A stretch of 64,000 nt of DNA from Auanema rhodensis (lineage: Eukaryota > Animalia > Nematoda): contig OZ059894.1 of the NCBI GenBank assembly GCA_964057225.1, forward strand, positions 8,184,001 to 8,248,000. Direction: 5' to 3'. A program made the translations under genes and the position numbers. Positions 36,505 through 51,249 of the stretch are shown piece by piece. The stretch's first letter is position 1; each line of letters starts with the position of its first letter. Below the pieces are notes generated by a model, which did no database searches, had not been told where the DNA came from, and saw only the letters and a program-made list of their open reading frames with translations.

Positions 36505-36727
36505 GAGCCCACCCGGGAGCGAAATATTTTTGGTTTCCACAGTTCCAATTAAGCAAAATTAAAATTTTAATTCATCTACTTACGATCTCATTCATAAATT
36601 TTCTAGAAGGATTGGATAAGATAGACCAGAACATCAGAAAATATGGATCATTGACTGATCTAAAACAGAAGTAGAAACTTCACAAGTCTAGATTGTTGAG
36701 TATATGTGCTTCCGTGGCGCAATAGGC

Positions 36728-36763
<36 letters not shown>

Positions 36764-36986
36764 GAGCCCACCCGGGAGCGAAACATTTTTGGTTTCCACA
36801 GTTCCAATTAAGCAAAATTAAAATTTTAATTCATCTACTTACGATCTCCTTCATAAATTTTCTAGAAGGATTGGATAAGATAGACCAGAACATCAGAAAA
36901 TATGGATCATTGACTGATCTAAAACAGAAGTAGAAACTTCACAAGTCTAGATTGTTGAGTATATGTGCTTCCGTGGCGCAATAGGC

Positions 36987-37022
<36 letters not shown>

Positions 37023-37257
37023 GAGCCCACCCGGGAGCGAAACATTTTTGATTTCCACAGTTCAAATTAAGCTTCAAATTGAGCAAAATTAAAATTTTAA
37101 TTCCTCTACTTACGATCTCATTCATAAATTTTCTAGAAGGATTGGATCAAATAGACCAGAACATCAGAAAATATGGATCATTGACTGATCTAAAACAGAA
37201 GTAGAAACTTCACAAGTCTAGATTGTTGAGTATATGTGCTTCCGTGGCGCAATAGGC

Positions 37258-37293
<36 letters not shown>

Positions 37294-37528
37294 GAGCCCA
37301 CCCGGGAGCGAAACATTTTTGATTTCCACAGTTCAAATTAAGCTTCAAATTGAGCAAAATTAAAATTTTAATTCCTCTACTTACGATCTCATTCATAAAT
37401 TTTCTAGAAGGATTGGATAAGATAGACCAGAACATCAGAAAATATGGATCATTGACTGATCTAAAACAGAAGTAGAAACTTCACAAGTCTAGATTGTTGA
37501 GTATATGTGCTTCCGTGGCGCAATAGGC

Positions 37529-37564
<36 letters not shown>

Positions 37565-37799
37565 GAGCCCACCCGGGAGCGAAACATTTTTGATTTCCAC
37601 AGTTCAAATTAAGCTTCAAATTGAGCAAAATTAAAATTTTAATTCCTCTACTTACGATCTCATTCATAAATTTTCTAGAAGGATTGGATCAAATAGACCA
37701 GAACATCAGAAAATATGGATCATTGACTGATCTAAAACAGAAGTAGAAACTTCACAAGTCTAGATTGTTGAGTATATGTGCTTCCGTGGCGCAATAGGC

Positions 37800-37835
<36 letters not shown>

Positions 37836-38070
37836 GAGCCCACCCGGGAGCGAAACATTTTTGATTTCCACAGTTCAAATTAAGCTTCAAATTGAGCAAA
37901 ATTAAAATTTTAATTCCTCTACTTACGATCTCATTCATAAATTTTCTAGAAGGATTGGATCAAATAGACCAGAACATCAGAAAATATGGATCATTGACTG
38001 ATCTAAAACAGAAGTAGAAACTTCACAAGTCTAGATTGTTGAGTATATGTGCTTCCGTGGCGCAATAGGC

Positions 38071-38106
<36 letters not shown>

Positions 38107-38329
38107 GAGCCCACCCGGGAGCGAAATATTTTTGGTTTCCACAGTTCCAATTAAGCGAAATTAAAACTTTAATTCATCTACTTGCGATCTCATTCATAAA
38201 TTTTCTAGAAGGATTGGATAAGATAGACCAGAACATCAGAAAATATGGATCGTTGACTGATCTAAAACAGAAGTAGAAACTTCACAAGTCTAGATTGTTG
38301 AGTATATGTGCTTCCGTGGCGCAATAGGC

Positions 38330-38365
<36 letters not shown>

Positions 38366-38588
38366 GAGCCCACCCGGGAGCGAAATATTTTTGGTTTCCA
38401 CAGTTCCAATTAAGCGAAATTAAAATTTTAATTCATCTACTTGCGATCTCATTCATAAATTTTCTAGAAGGATTGGATAAGATAGACCAGAACATCAGAA
38501 AATATGGATCATTGACTGATCTAAAACAGAAGTAGAAACTTCACAAGTCTAGATTGTTGAGTATATGTGCTTCCGTGGCGCAATAGGC

Positions 38589-38624
<36 letters not shown>

Positions 38625-38847
38625 GAGCCCACCCGGGAGCGAAACATTTTTGGTTTCCACAGTTCCAATTAAGCAAAATTAAAATTTTAATTCATCTACT
38701 TACGATCTCCTTCATAAATTTTCTAGAAGGATTGGATAAGATAGACCAGAACATCAGAAAATATGGATCATTGACTGATCTAAAACAGAAGTAGAAACTT
38801 CACAAGTCTAGATTGTTGAGTATATGTGCTTCCGTGGCGCAATAGGC

Positions 38848-38883
<36 letters not shown>

Positions 38884-39118
38884 GAGCCCACCCGGGAGCG
38901 AAACATTTTTGATTTCCACAGTTCAAATTAAGCTTCAAATTGAGCAAAATTAAAATTTTAATTCCTCTACTTACGATCTCATTCATAAATTTTCTAGAAG
39001 GATTGGATAAGATAGACCAGAACATCAGAAAATATGGATCATTGACTGATCTAAAATAGAAGTAGAAACTTCACAAGTCTAGATTGTTGAGTATATGTGC
39101 TTCCGTGGCGCAATAGGC

Positions 39119-39154
<36 letters not shown>

Positions 39155-39377
39155 GAGCCCACCCGGGAGCGAAATATTTTTGGTTTCCACAGTTCCAATA
39201 AAGCAAAATTAAAATTTTAATTCATCTACTTACGATCTCATTCATAAATTTTCTAGAAGGATTGGATAAGATAGACCAGAACATCAGAAAATATGGATCA
39301 TTGACTGATCTAAAACAGAAGTAGAAACTTCACAAGTCTAGATTGTTGAGTATATGTGCTTCCGTGGCGCAATAGGC

Positions 39378-39413
<36 letters not shown>

Positions 39414-39636
39414 GAGCCCACCCGGGAGCGAAATATTTTTGGTTTCCACAGTTCCAATTAAGCAAAATTAAAATTTTAATTCATCTACTTGCGATCTCAT
39501 TCATAAATTTTCTAGAAGGATTGGATAAGATAGACCAGAACATCAGAAAATATGGATCATTGACTGATCTAAAACAGAAGTAGAAAGTTCACAAGTCTAG
39601 ATTGTTGAGTATATGTGCTTCCGTGGCGCAATAGGC

Positions 39637-39672
<36 letters not shown>

Positions 39673-39895
39673 GAGCCCACCCGGGAGCGAAATATTTTCG
39701 GTTTCCACAGTTCCAATAAAGCAAAATTAAAATTTTAATTCATCTACTTACGATCTCATTCATAAATTTTCTAGAAGGATTGGATAAGATAGACCAGAAC
39801 ATCAGAAAATATGGATCATTGACTGATCTAAAACAGAAGTAGAAACTTCACAAGTCTAGATTGTTGAGTATATGTGCTTCCGTGGCGCAATAGGC

Positions 39896-39931
<36 letters not shown>

Positions 39932-40154
39932 GAGCCCACCCGGGAGCGAAATATTTTTGGTTTCCACAGTTCCAATTAAGCAAAATTAAAATTTTAATTC
40001 ATCTACTTACGATCTCATTCATAAATTTTCTAGAAGGATTGGATAAGATAGACCAGAACATCAGAAAATATAGATCATTGACTGATCCAAAACAGAAGTA
40101 GAAACTTCACAAGTCTAGATTGTTGAGTATATGTGCTTCCGTGGCGCAATAGGC

Positions 40155-40190
<36 letters not shown>

Positions 40191-40425
40191 GAGCCCACCC
40201 GGGAGCGAAACATTTTTGATTTCCACAGTTCAAATTAAGCTTCAAATTGAGCAAAATTAAAATTTTAATTCCTCTACTTACGATCTCATTCATAAATTTT
40301 CTAGAAGGATTGGATAAAATAGACCAGAACATCAGAAAATATGGATCATTGACTGATCTAAAACAGAAGTAGAAACTTCACAAGTCTAGATTGTTGAGTA
40401 TATGTGCTTCCGTGGCGCAATAGGC

Positions 40426-40461
<36 letters not shown>

Positions 40462-40684
40462 GAGCCCACCCGGGAGCGAAACATTTTTGGTTTCCACAGT
40501 TCCAATTAAGCAAAATTAAAATTTTAATTCATCTACTTACGATCTCCTTCATAAATTTTCTAGAAGGATTGGATAAGATAGACCAGAACATCAGAAAATA
40601 TGGATCATTGACTGATCTAAAACAGAAGTAGAAACTTCACAAGTCTAGATTGTTGAGTATATGTGCTTCCGTGGCGCAATAGGC

Positions 40685-40720
<36 letters not shown>

Positions 40721-40943
40721 GAGCCCACCGGGGGGCGAAATATTTTTGGTTTCCACAGTTCCAATAAAGCAAAATTAAAATTTTAATTCATCTACTTACG
40801 ATCTCATTCATAAATTTTCTAGAAGGATTGGATAAGATAGACCAGAACATCAGAAAATATGGATCATTGACTGATCTAAAACAGAAGTAGAAACTTCACA
40901 AGTCTAGATTGTTGAGTATATGTGCTTCCGTGGCGCAATAGGC

Positions 40944-40979
<36 letters not shown>

Positions 40980-41202
40980 GAGCCCACCCGGGAGCGAAAT
41001 ATTTTTGGTTTCCACAGTTCCAATTAAGCAAAATTAAAATTTTAATTCATCTACTTACGATCTCATTCATAAATTTTCTAGAAGGATTGGATAAGATAGA
41101 CCAGAACATCAGAAAATATGGATCATTGACTGATCTAAAACAGAAGTAGAAACTTCACAAGTCTAGATTGTTGAGTATATGTGCTTCCGTGGCGCAATAG
41201 GC

Positions 41203-41238
<36 letters not shown>

Positions 41239-41461
41239 GAGCCCACCCGGGAGCGAAACATTTTTGGTTTCCACAGTTCCAATTAAGCAAAATTAAAATT
41301 TTAATTCATCTACTTACGATCTCCTTCATAAATTTTCTAGAAGGATTGGATAAGATAGACCAGAACATCAGAAAATATGGATCATTGACTGATCCAAAAC
41401 AGAAGTAGAAACTTCACAAGTCTAGATTGTTGAGTATATGTGCTTCCGTGGCGCAATAGGC

Positions 41462-41497
<36 letters not shown>

Positions 41498-41720
41498 GAG
41501 CCCACCCGGGAGCGAAATATTTTTGGTTTCCACAGTTCCAATTAAGCAAAATTAAAATTTTAATTCATCTACTTACGATCTCATTCATAAATTTTCTAGA
41601 AGGATTGGATAAGATAGACCAGAACATCAGAAAATATAGATCATTGACTGATCCAAAACAGAAGTAGAAACTTCACAAGTCTAGATTGTTGAGTATATGT
41701 GCTTCCGTGGCGCAATAGGC

Positions 41721-41756
<36 letters not shown>

Positions 41757-41979
41757 GAGCCCACCCGGGAGCGAAATATTTTTGGTTTCCACAGTTCCAA
41801 TTAAGCAAAATTAAAATTTTAATTGATCTACTTACGATCTCATTCATAAATTTTCTAGAAGGATTGGATAAGATAGACCAGAACATCAGAAAATATAGGT
41901 CATTGACTGATCCAAAACAGAAGTAGAAACTTCACAAGTCTAGATTGTTGAGTATATGTGCTTCCGTGGCGCAATAGGC

Positions 41980-42015
<36 letters not shown>

Positions 42016-42238
42016 GAGCCCACCCGGGAGCGAAATATTTTTGGTTTCCACAGTTCCAATTAAGCAAAATTAAAATTTTAATTCATCTACTTACGATCTC
42101 ATTCATAAATTTTCTAGAAGGATTGGATAAGATAGACCAGAACATCAGAAAATATGGATCATTGACTGATCTAAAACAGAAGTAGAAACTTCACAAGTCT
42201 AGATTGTTGAGTATATGTGCTTCCGTGGCGCAATAGGC

Positions 42239-42274
<36 letters not shown>

Positions 42275-42497
42275 GAGCCCACCCGGGAGCGAAATATTTT
42301 TGGTTTCCACAGTTCCAATTAAGCGAAATTAAAATTTTAATTCATCTACTTACGATCTCATTCATATATTTTCTAGAAGGATTGGATAAGATAGACCAGA
42401 ACATCAGAAAATATGGATCATTGACTGATCTAAAACAGAAGTAGAAACTTCACAAGTCTAGATTGTTGAGTATATGTGCTTCCGTGGCGCAATAGGC

Positions 42498-42533
<36 letters not shown>

Positions 42534-42768
42534 GCGCCCACCCGGGAGCGAAACATTTTTGATTTCCACAGTTCAAATTAAGCTTCAAATTGAGCGAAAT
42601 TAAAATTTTAATTCATCTACTTACGATCTCATTCATAAATTTTCTAGAAGGATTGGATAAGATAGACCAGAACATCAGAAAATATGGATCATTGACTGAT
42701 CTAAAACAGAAGTAGAAACTTCACAAGTCTAGATTGTTGAGTATATGTGCTTCCGTGGCGCAATAGGC

Positions 42769-42804
<36 letters not shown>

Positions 42805-43027
42805 GAGCCCACCCGGGAGCGAAATATTTTTGGTTTCCACAGTTCCAATTAAGCGAAATTAAAATTTTAATTCATCTACTTACGATCTCATTCATAAATT
42901 TTCTAGAAGGATTGGATAAGATAGACCAGAACATCAGAAAATATAGATCATTGACTGATCCAAAACAGAAGTAGAAACTTCACAAGTCTAGATTGTTGAG
43001 TATATGTGCTTCCGTGGCGCAATAGGC

Positions 43028-43063
<36 letters not shown>

Positions 43064-43298
43064 GAGCCCACCCGGGAGCGAAATATTTTTGATTTCCACA
43101 GTTCAAATTAAGCTTCAAATTGAGCGAAATTAAAATTTTAATTCATCTACTTACGATCTCATTCATAAATTTTCTAGAAGGATTGGATAAGATAGACCAG
43201 AACATCAGAAAATATGGATCATTGACTGATCTAAAACAGAAGTAGAAACTTCACAAGTCTAGATTGTTGAGTATATGTGCTTCCGTGGCGCAATAGGC

Positions 43299-43334
<36 letters not shown>

Positions 43335-43557
43335 GAGCCCACCGGGGGGCGAAATATTTTTGGTTTCCACAGTTCCAATAAAGCAAAATTAAAATTTTAA
43401 TTCATCTACTTACGATCTCATTCATAAATTTTCTAGAAGGATTGGATAAGATAGACCAGAACATCAGAAAATATGGATCATTGACTGATCTAAAACAGAA
43501 GTAGAAACTTCACAAGTCTAGATTGTTGAGTATATGTGCTTCCGTGGCGCAATAGGC

Positions 43558-43593
<36 letters not shown>

Positions 43594-43816
43594 GAGCCCA
43601 CCCGGGAGCGAAATATTTTTGGTTTCCACAGTTCCAATTAAGCAAAATTAAAATTTTAATTCATCTACTTACGATCTCATTCATAAATTTTCTAGAAGGA
43701 TTGGATAAGATAGACCAGAACATCAGAAAATATGGATCATTGACTGATCTAAAACAGAAGTAGAAACTTCACAAGTCTAGATTGTTGAGTATATGTGCTT
43801 CCGTGGCGCAATAGGC

Positions 43817-43852
<36 letters not shown>

Positions 43853-44075
43853 GAGCCCACCCGGGAGCGAAACATTTTTGGTTTCCACAGTTCCAATTAA
43901 GCAAAATTAAAATTTTAATTCATCTACTTACGATCTCCTTCATAAATTTTCTAGAAGGATTGGATAAGATAGACCAGAACATCAGAAAATATGGATCATT
44001 GACTGATCCAAAACAGAAGTAGAAACTTCACAAGTCTAGATTGTTGAGTATATGTGCTTCCGTGGCGCAATAGGC

Positions 44076-44111
<36 letters not shown>

Positions 44112-44334
44112 GAGCCCACCCGGGAGCGAAATATTTTTGGTTTCCACAGTTCCAATTAAGCAAAATTAAAATTTTAATTGATCTACTTACGATCTCATTC
44201 ATAAATTTTCTAGAAGGATTGGATAAGAAACAGCAGAACTTGGGAAAATACGGATCATTGACTGATCTAAAACAGAAGTAGAAACTTCACAAGTTTAGAT
44301 TGTTGAGTATATGTGCTTCCGTGGCGCAATAGGC

Positions 44335-44370
<36 letters not shown>

Positions 44371-44593
44371 GAGCCCACCCGGGAGCGAAATATTTTTGGT
44401 TTCCACAGTTCCAATTAAGCAAAATTAAAATTTTAATTCATCTACTTACGATCTCATTCATAAATTTTCTAGAAGGATTGGATAAGATAGACCAGAACAT
44501 CAGAAAATATAGATCATTGACTGATCCAAAACAGAAGTAGAAACTTCACAAGTCTAGATTGTTGAGTATATGTGCTTCCGTGGCGCAATAGGC

Positions 44594-44629
<36 letters not shown>

Positions 44630-44852
44630 GAGCCCACCCGGGAGCGAAATATTTTTGGTTTCCACAGTTCCAATTAAGCAAAATTAAAATTTTAATTGAT
44701 CTACTTACGATCTCATTCATAAATTTTCTAGAAGGATTGGATAAGATAGACCAGAACATCAGAAAATATAGGTCATTGACTGATCCAAAACAGAAGTAGA
44801 AACTTCACAAGTCTAGATTGTTGAGTATATGTGCTTCCGTGGCGCAATAGGC

Positions 44853-44888
<36 letters not shown>

Positions 44889-45111
44889 GAGCCCACCCGG
44901 GAGCGAAATATTTTTGGTTTCCACAGTTCCAATTAAGCAAAATTAAAATTTTAATTCATCTACTTACGATCTCATTCATAAATTTTCTAGAAGGATTGGA
45001 TAAGATAGACCAGAACATCAGAAAATATGGATCATTGACTGATCTAAAACAGAAGTAGAAACTTCACAAGTCTAGATTGTTGAGTATATGTGCTTCCGTG
45101 GCGCAATAGGC

Positions 45112-45147
<36 letters not shown>

Positions 45148-45370
45148 GAGCCCACCCGGGAGCGAAATATTTTTGGTTTCCACAGTTCCAATTAAGCGAA
45201 ATTAAAATTTTAATTCATCTACTTACGATCTCATTCATATATTTTCTAGAAGGATTGGATAAGATAGACCAGAACATCAGAAAATATGGATCATTGACTG
45301 ATCTAAAACAGAAGTAGAAACTTCACAAGTCTAGATTGTTGAGTATATGTGCTTCCGTGGCGCAATAGGC

Positions 45371-45406
<36 letters not shown>

Positions 45407-45641
45407 GCGCCCACCCGGGAGCGAAACATTTTTGATTTCCACAGTTCAAATTAAGCTTCAAATTGAGCGAAATTAAAATTTTAATTCATCTACTTACGAT
45501 CTCATTCATAAATTTTCTAGAAGGATTGGATAAGATAGACCAGAACATCAGAAAATATGGATCATTGACTGATCTAAAACAGAAGTAGAAACTTCACAAG
45601 TCTAGATTGTTGAGTATATGTGCTTCCGTGGCGCAATAGGC

Positions 45642-45677
<36 letters not shown>

Positions 45678-45900
45678 GAGCCCACCCGGGAGCGAAATAT
45701 TTTTGGTTTCCACAGTTCCAATTAAGCGAAATTAAAATTTTAATTCATCTACTTACGATCTCATTCATAAATTTTCTAGAAGGATTGGATAAGATAGACC
45801 AGAACATCAGAAAATATAGATCATTGACTGATCCAAAACAGAAGTAGAAACTTCACAAGTCTAGATTGTTGAGTATATGTGCTTCCGTGGCGCAATAGGC

Positions 45901-45936
<36 letters not shown>

Positions 45937-46171
45937 GAGCCCACCCGGGAGCGAAATATTTTTGATTTCCACAGTTCAAATTAAGCTTCAAATTGAGCGA
46001 AATTAAAATTTTAATTCATCTACTTACGATCTCATTCATAAATTTTCTAGAAGGATTGGATAAGATAGACCAGAACATCAGAAAATATGGATCATTGACT
46101 GATCTAAAACAGAAGTAGAAACTTCACAAGTCTAGATTGTTGAGTATATGTGCTTCCGTGGCGCAATAGGC

Positions 46172-46207
<36 letters not shown>

Positions 46208-46430
46208 GAGCCCACCCGGGAGCGAAATATTTTTGGTTTCCACAGTTCCAATTAAGCGAAATTAAAATTTTAATTCATCTACTTACGATCTCATTCATAA
46301 ATTTTCTAGAAGGATTGGATAAGATAGACCAGAACATCAGAAAATATAGATCATTGACTGATCCAAAACAGAAGTAGAAACTTCACAAGTCTAGATTGTT
46401 GAGTATATGTGCTTCCGTGGCGCAATAGGC

Positions 46431-46466
<36 letters not shown>

Positions 46467-46689
46467 GAGCCCACCCGGGAGCGAAATATTTTTGGTTTCC
46501 ACAGTTCCAATTAAGCAAAATTAAAATTTTAATTCATCTACTTACGATCTCATTCATAAATTTTCTAGAAGGATTGGATAAGATAGACCAGAACATCAGA
46601 AAATATGGATCATTGACTGATCTAAAACAGAAGTAGAAACTTCACAAGTCTAGATTGTTGAATATATGTGCTTCCGTGGCGCAATAGGC

Positions 46690-46725
<36 letters not shown>

Positions 46726-46960
46726 GAGCCCACCCGGGAGCGAAACATTTTTGATTTCCACAGTTCAAATTAAGCTTCAAATTGAGCAAAATTAAAATTT
46801 TAATTCCTCTACTTACGATCTCATTCATAAATTTTCTAGAAGGATTGGATAAAATAGACCAGAACATCAGAAAATATGGATCATTGACTGATCTAAAACA
46901 GAAGTAGAAACTTCACAAGTCTAGATTGTTGAGTATATGTGCTTCCGTGGCGCAATAGGC

Positions 46961-46996
<36 letters not shown>

Positions 46997-47044
46997 GAGC
47001 CCACCCGGGAGCGAAATATTTTTGGTTTCCACAGTTCCAATAAA
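32634..47044 (+). repeat. tRNA-Asn(GTT) tandem array, block 3 (55 genes)
   Basis: 259/271-bp units; includes a higher-order duplication at 40663-46149. Confidence 0.97.
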
Positions 47045-48372
47045 CGTTCCATTCGGACTCCCCATATATGTAGCTGAAGGGTTAGAGCCAGACGACCAGA
47101 GGACCGAGGAATGGCTCCGCCTTCCCTCGTTCCCTTGGTCGGGAGTTCGCCTCTTAGCAAGCTCATGGACGGCTTGTAGTTTAGTCTTTATACTTATATT
47201 TATCTTATTGTATTGTATCTTTATCTTTGTATATTATTGTTGTAGTTTCATGCCAATAAATCTTTCTCTCTTTTATCTTATGATTGACCTTATGCTCTTT
47301 ATTCCTTACCGCTACACCAAGGAATACTATGCGCGTCATAGTATAAACTACAATAGTTTATATTATCGACGCAGGAGCATAACGGAACGTGGAGGTTCCA
47401 CCTCGAACTCATCTTTTGAAAAAAAAAATTTTTTTTATTGTAAAAGTCCATTTTTGCATTCTAAATTATAAATTCCTCCACTTGAAACAACAAAATGAAG
47501 GCGCCAATTTGTTTTAAGGTACAGATACAAGGGATCTCGCTCAAATGCGAGATAGGACCAATAAAATTTTTGCCCGCCGTCCTCAATTTAAAACCGTCTG
47601 AATGTCCACCCTTTTCTATATCGTATCTTGTACCGCTTCTCATGCCATTTTGAGGACGTTTGGATTGAAATAGAGGACAATTTCGCCAAACGAGAAATTA
47701 TAGTTGTTCACATTTTTTTTTGGGCATAGAGAAGTTTGATTACTGGAACAAAAATTTATAAGACGCGCGCAATTGATTATAGTTTGTATATTTTGTGGTC
47801 AGGACTAGAATTTTGAAAAATTGTTATATTCAGACGTAAAAGATCATTTTACATATTATTTTGCGGGAAACCAAAATAGGTTACATAAATTGAATATAAA
47901 AACAGACCACACTAGTCCGAAAAAGCCTGGTAAATCTGCAATAAGACTTCTCAGCTCTTAATTGACAGTCAGGTCAAGTTGGCGGAAGCATAACTGCTAC
48001 GGATTTTATCCCCGTAGATTATGTCACCTTCCTCAAATCATTTCGTTGTTTCAACTCATAAGATACCCCTTATCTCCTACGGTAATCCTAAGTTATTTGG
48101 AAATGTTCAAAAATAGACGTATTTTTCTCATTTTCAAAAAGAAATTCGCTTAGGAAAACGCACTTTTGCTTATTTTGATCAAGAAAAGGGACAGCCTTTT
48201 CAATAACTCTCCTCGAACCTCATTAGCATGCACAATGTCGAAAACATTTTGAGCAAAACATGCTATTTAAGGGAAAAGGAATGAGGAAAAGATTGAAAAC
48301 ATAAGTCCATTTTCTTGACGAAAACAGAGCAAAGTGCACAAAAAAAATAAAAACACAGAGTACAAACTTTAT

Positions 48373-48821
48373 TCAGTCAATACCCATATCCAAACCAAAT
48401 AATGAGTCATCATAAACAATATAGATTTTAAACAATAATCTATATAATAAATAATAATAAAAATGACTCTTTTCCTGGTACCAGGCCCAAGGACGTGCGG
48501 TTAATAAACCGGCCCTACCATTATATACATGAGCGCATAGATCAACTAAGCACCTTCGACCAACAAGCTCCACTTCGGGAGCTACATCTACGAAGGTGGC
48601 AAAGTTTATATGGCCCTGCCCCAAATAATACATTTGAAGATCTTCGATAAACTAAAGTAATCAAATAATCAAACATAAAATGGAGATACACAAACCATTA
48701 AAATTATATCAGGATTTGGCCTATAAGCCAAAACTCCTTCTCCATCGTATTCAACGATGGATTCGTATAATTTCCACAGGACTTAGGTCATGCCAGTGGG
48801 ATTATAACGTTGGAAATCCAT
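48373..48821 (-). pseudogene. Disabled A1-type copy of the antisense accessory gene
   Basis: TAT>TAA in exon 1 and an approximately 100-nt deletion near the 3' end relative to 17658-18202. Confidence 0.8.
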
Positions 48822-49046
48822 TTTTTTTCTTTCTTTCTTTTCTTTTCTTTTGTTTCTAACCTTAAAATAAATGTCCAAAGGCCGCAAAAGTACAAAGGGG
48901 ACGACATGAATAAAGTTTTTTTTAAAGATTCTAGAGCAGTAAGAAAACAAAATTAGAGGAAAGTGCAAGAGCGGATAAAAATAGTTTTTGAGAAGAGATA
49001 AACATCATTAACTATAATAAGCTTACGGTAGATAGGCGGAGTCAGA

Positions 49047-49474
49047 TTGGTGGCCACGATTTGGAAAACTCCCTCTCATTTACCCTCCGCATCGCCCAGC
49101 GAAGCACGACTATCCTATTGCTCCCGAATCTCTCTCTCTCCCAACACACATCTAAAAGAATCTTACGCACCTTGCGTCAACATCCCACACGTAGCTCACC
49201 ATTCTCGGTTTTTCCAAACCAAAAGTCCTACAAAGGTGGCCAAAAGATTCTCATCGGCTTTCCGAGCCCTTTACCCGTCCGATATCAACAGTGACGCTAC
49301 TGTCGCAAGTCGTACCGGAAGCCGTACCCGACTTCTCAGTGTTCAAATAGAAAAACCGCACCAACCAGACGAGAAGCCGAAGCCGCAAGTCGACAAATTC
49401 TATACTCCCCGAGAAGGCACATATTCACCTTCTGACGACACCGACGAAGATCCGGACTTCATCATAGCCGACGA
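49047..49474 (+). pseudogene. N-terminal gag remnant in A3
   Basis: Matches the first about 143 codons of the 2977-aa ORF, then joins the 3' UTR. Confidence 0.85.
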
Positions 49475-50504
49475 CAGAAAAAAATTTTATATACATTCTT
49501 TTCTTTTCTGTAAATTGTAAAATGAAAGTAACGGTGAATTAGAAAATTTTTGATGAGAGATTAAGTGAGTAAACAACTAAAAACAAGGAATAAGCAAAAA
49601 TATAATAAAAATAAATGACTACCGTAATCCTATACGACCGATAGAGATAATATTTTGCGCTAAACTGAGCTCCATATGTATCTCCAAGAAGAGACGAACA
49701 TTGGCAGGCGCCTAAGCCACACCCCATCTGAGTGGTAGCCTCCATTAGTACTCAAGGATTCATTCAGAGAGACATATGGAGACGAGTAAATTATTAAATA
49801 AAATTATCCCCATCATCATTAGGATACGAGTAACCATGTAACGGAAATGTTTAATAATTCCTTATTATCTCACATAAATCACACATTCATGAAACAAAGA
49901 ATTTTTTTTTATTACAGTACTACAAGGACTAAATTTATTTTCTAATCCTCCGTTACAAAATAACATAAAACCTATTATTGTATTCAAATTCTATCTTAAT
50001 ACCATAAAGAAACCTATTAAAATTATTTATATATCTTTCTACATGTAGATTTTAAAACTTTTAATTTTATTTGTAAACTCCTAGACTCTAAAACTCAGCT
50101 ACATATACACTAAAAACACTTTATATCGCGCGGACGCGAAAAATCTTTGAAAAAGGGCACGTTCCATTCGGACTCCCCATATATGTAGCTGAAGGGTTAG
50201 AGCCAGACGACCAGAGGACCGAGGAATGGCTCCGCCTTCCCTCGTTCCCTTGGTCGGGAGTTCGCCTTTTAGCAAGCTCATGGACGGCTTGTAGTTTAGT
50301 CTTTATACTTATATTTATCTTATTGTATTGTATCTTTATCTTTGTATATTATTGTTGTAGTTTCATGCCAATAAATCTTTCTCTCTTTTATCTTATGATT
50401 GACCTTATGCTCTTTATTCCTTACCGCTACACCAAGGAATACTATGCGCGTCATAGTATAAACTACAATGGTTTATATTATCGACGCAGGAGCATAACAG
50501 AACG

Positions 50505-50683
50505 TAAAGCAAAATTAAAATTTTAATTCATCTACTTACGATCTCATTCATAAATTTTCTAGAAGGATTGGATAAGATAGACCAGAACATCAGAAAATAT
50601 AGGTCATTGACTGATCCAAAACAGCAGTAGAAACTTCACAAGTCTAGATTGTTGAGTATATGTGCTTCCGTGGCGCAATAGGC

Positions 50684-50719
<36 letters not shown>

Positions 50720-50942
50720 GAGCCCACCCGGGAGCGAAATATTTTTGGTTTCCACAGTTCCAATTAAGCAAAATTAAAATTTTAATTCATCTACTTACGA
50801 TCTCATTCATAAATTTTCTAGAAGGATTGGATAAGATAGACCAGAACATCAGAAAATATGGATCATTGACTGATCTAAAGCAGAAGTAGAAACTTCACAA
50901 GTCTAGATTGTTGAGTATATGTGCTTCCGTGGCGCAATAGGC

Positions 50943-50978
<36 letters not shown>

Positions 50979-51213
50979 GAGCCCACCCGGGAGCGAAACA
51001 TTTTTGATTTCCACAGTTCAAATTAAGCTTCAAATTGAGCGAAATTAAAATTTTAATTCATCTACTTACGATCTCATTCATAAATTTTCTAGAAGGATTG
51101 GATAAGATAGACCAGAACATCAGAAAATATGGATCATTGACTGATCTAAAACAGAAGTAGAAACTTCACAAGTCTAGATTGTTGAGTATATGTGCTTCCG
51201 TGGCGCAATAGGC

Positions 51214-51249
<36 letters not shown>

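Larger units (their letters stand above)
47045..50504 (+). mobile_element. Family A non-autonomous copy A3 (3460 bp, opposite orientation)
   Basis: LTRs 47045-47389 and 50160-50504; TSD TAAA at 47041-47044 and 50505-50508; PBS 47390-47402; same internal deletion as A2. Confidence 0.95.

Noticed and set aside
19533-47044. CRISPR-like repeat-spacer array
   Set aside because: Spacers are identical rather than unique, the repeat is a full tRNA, no cas genes are present and the context is eukaryotic.
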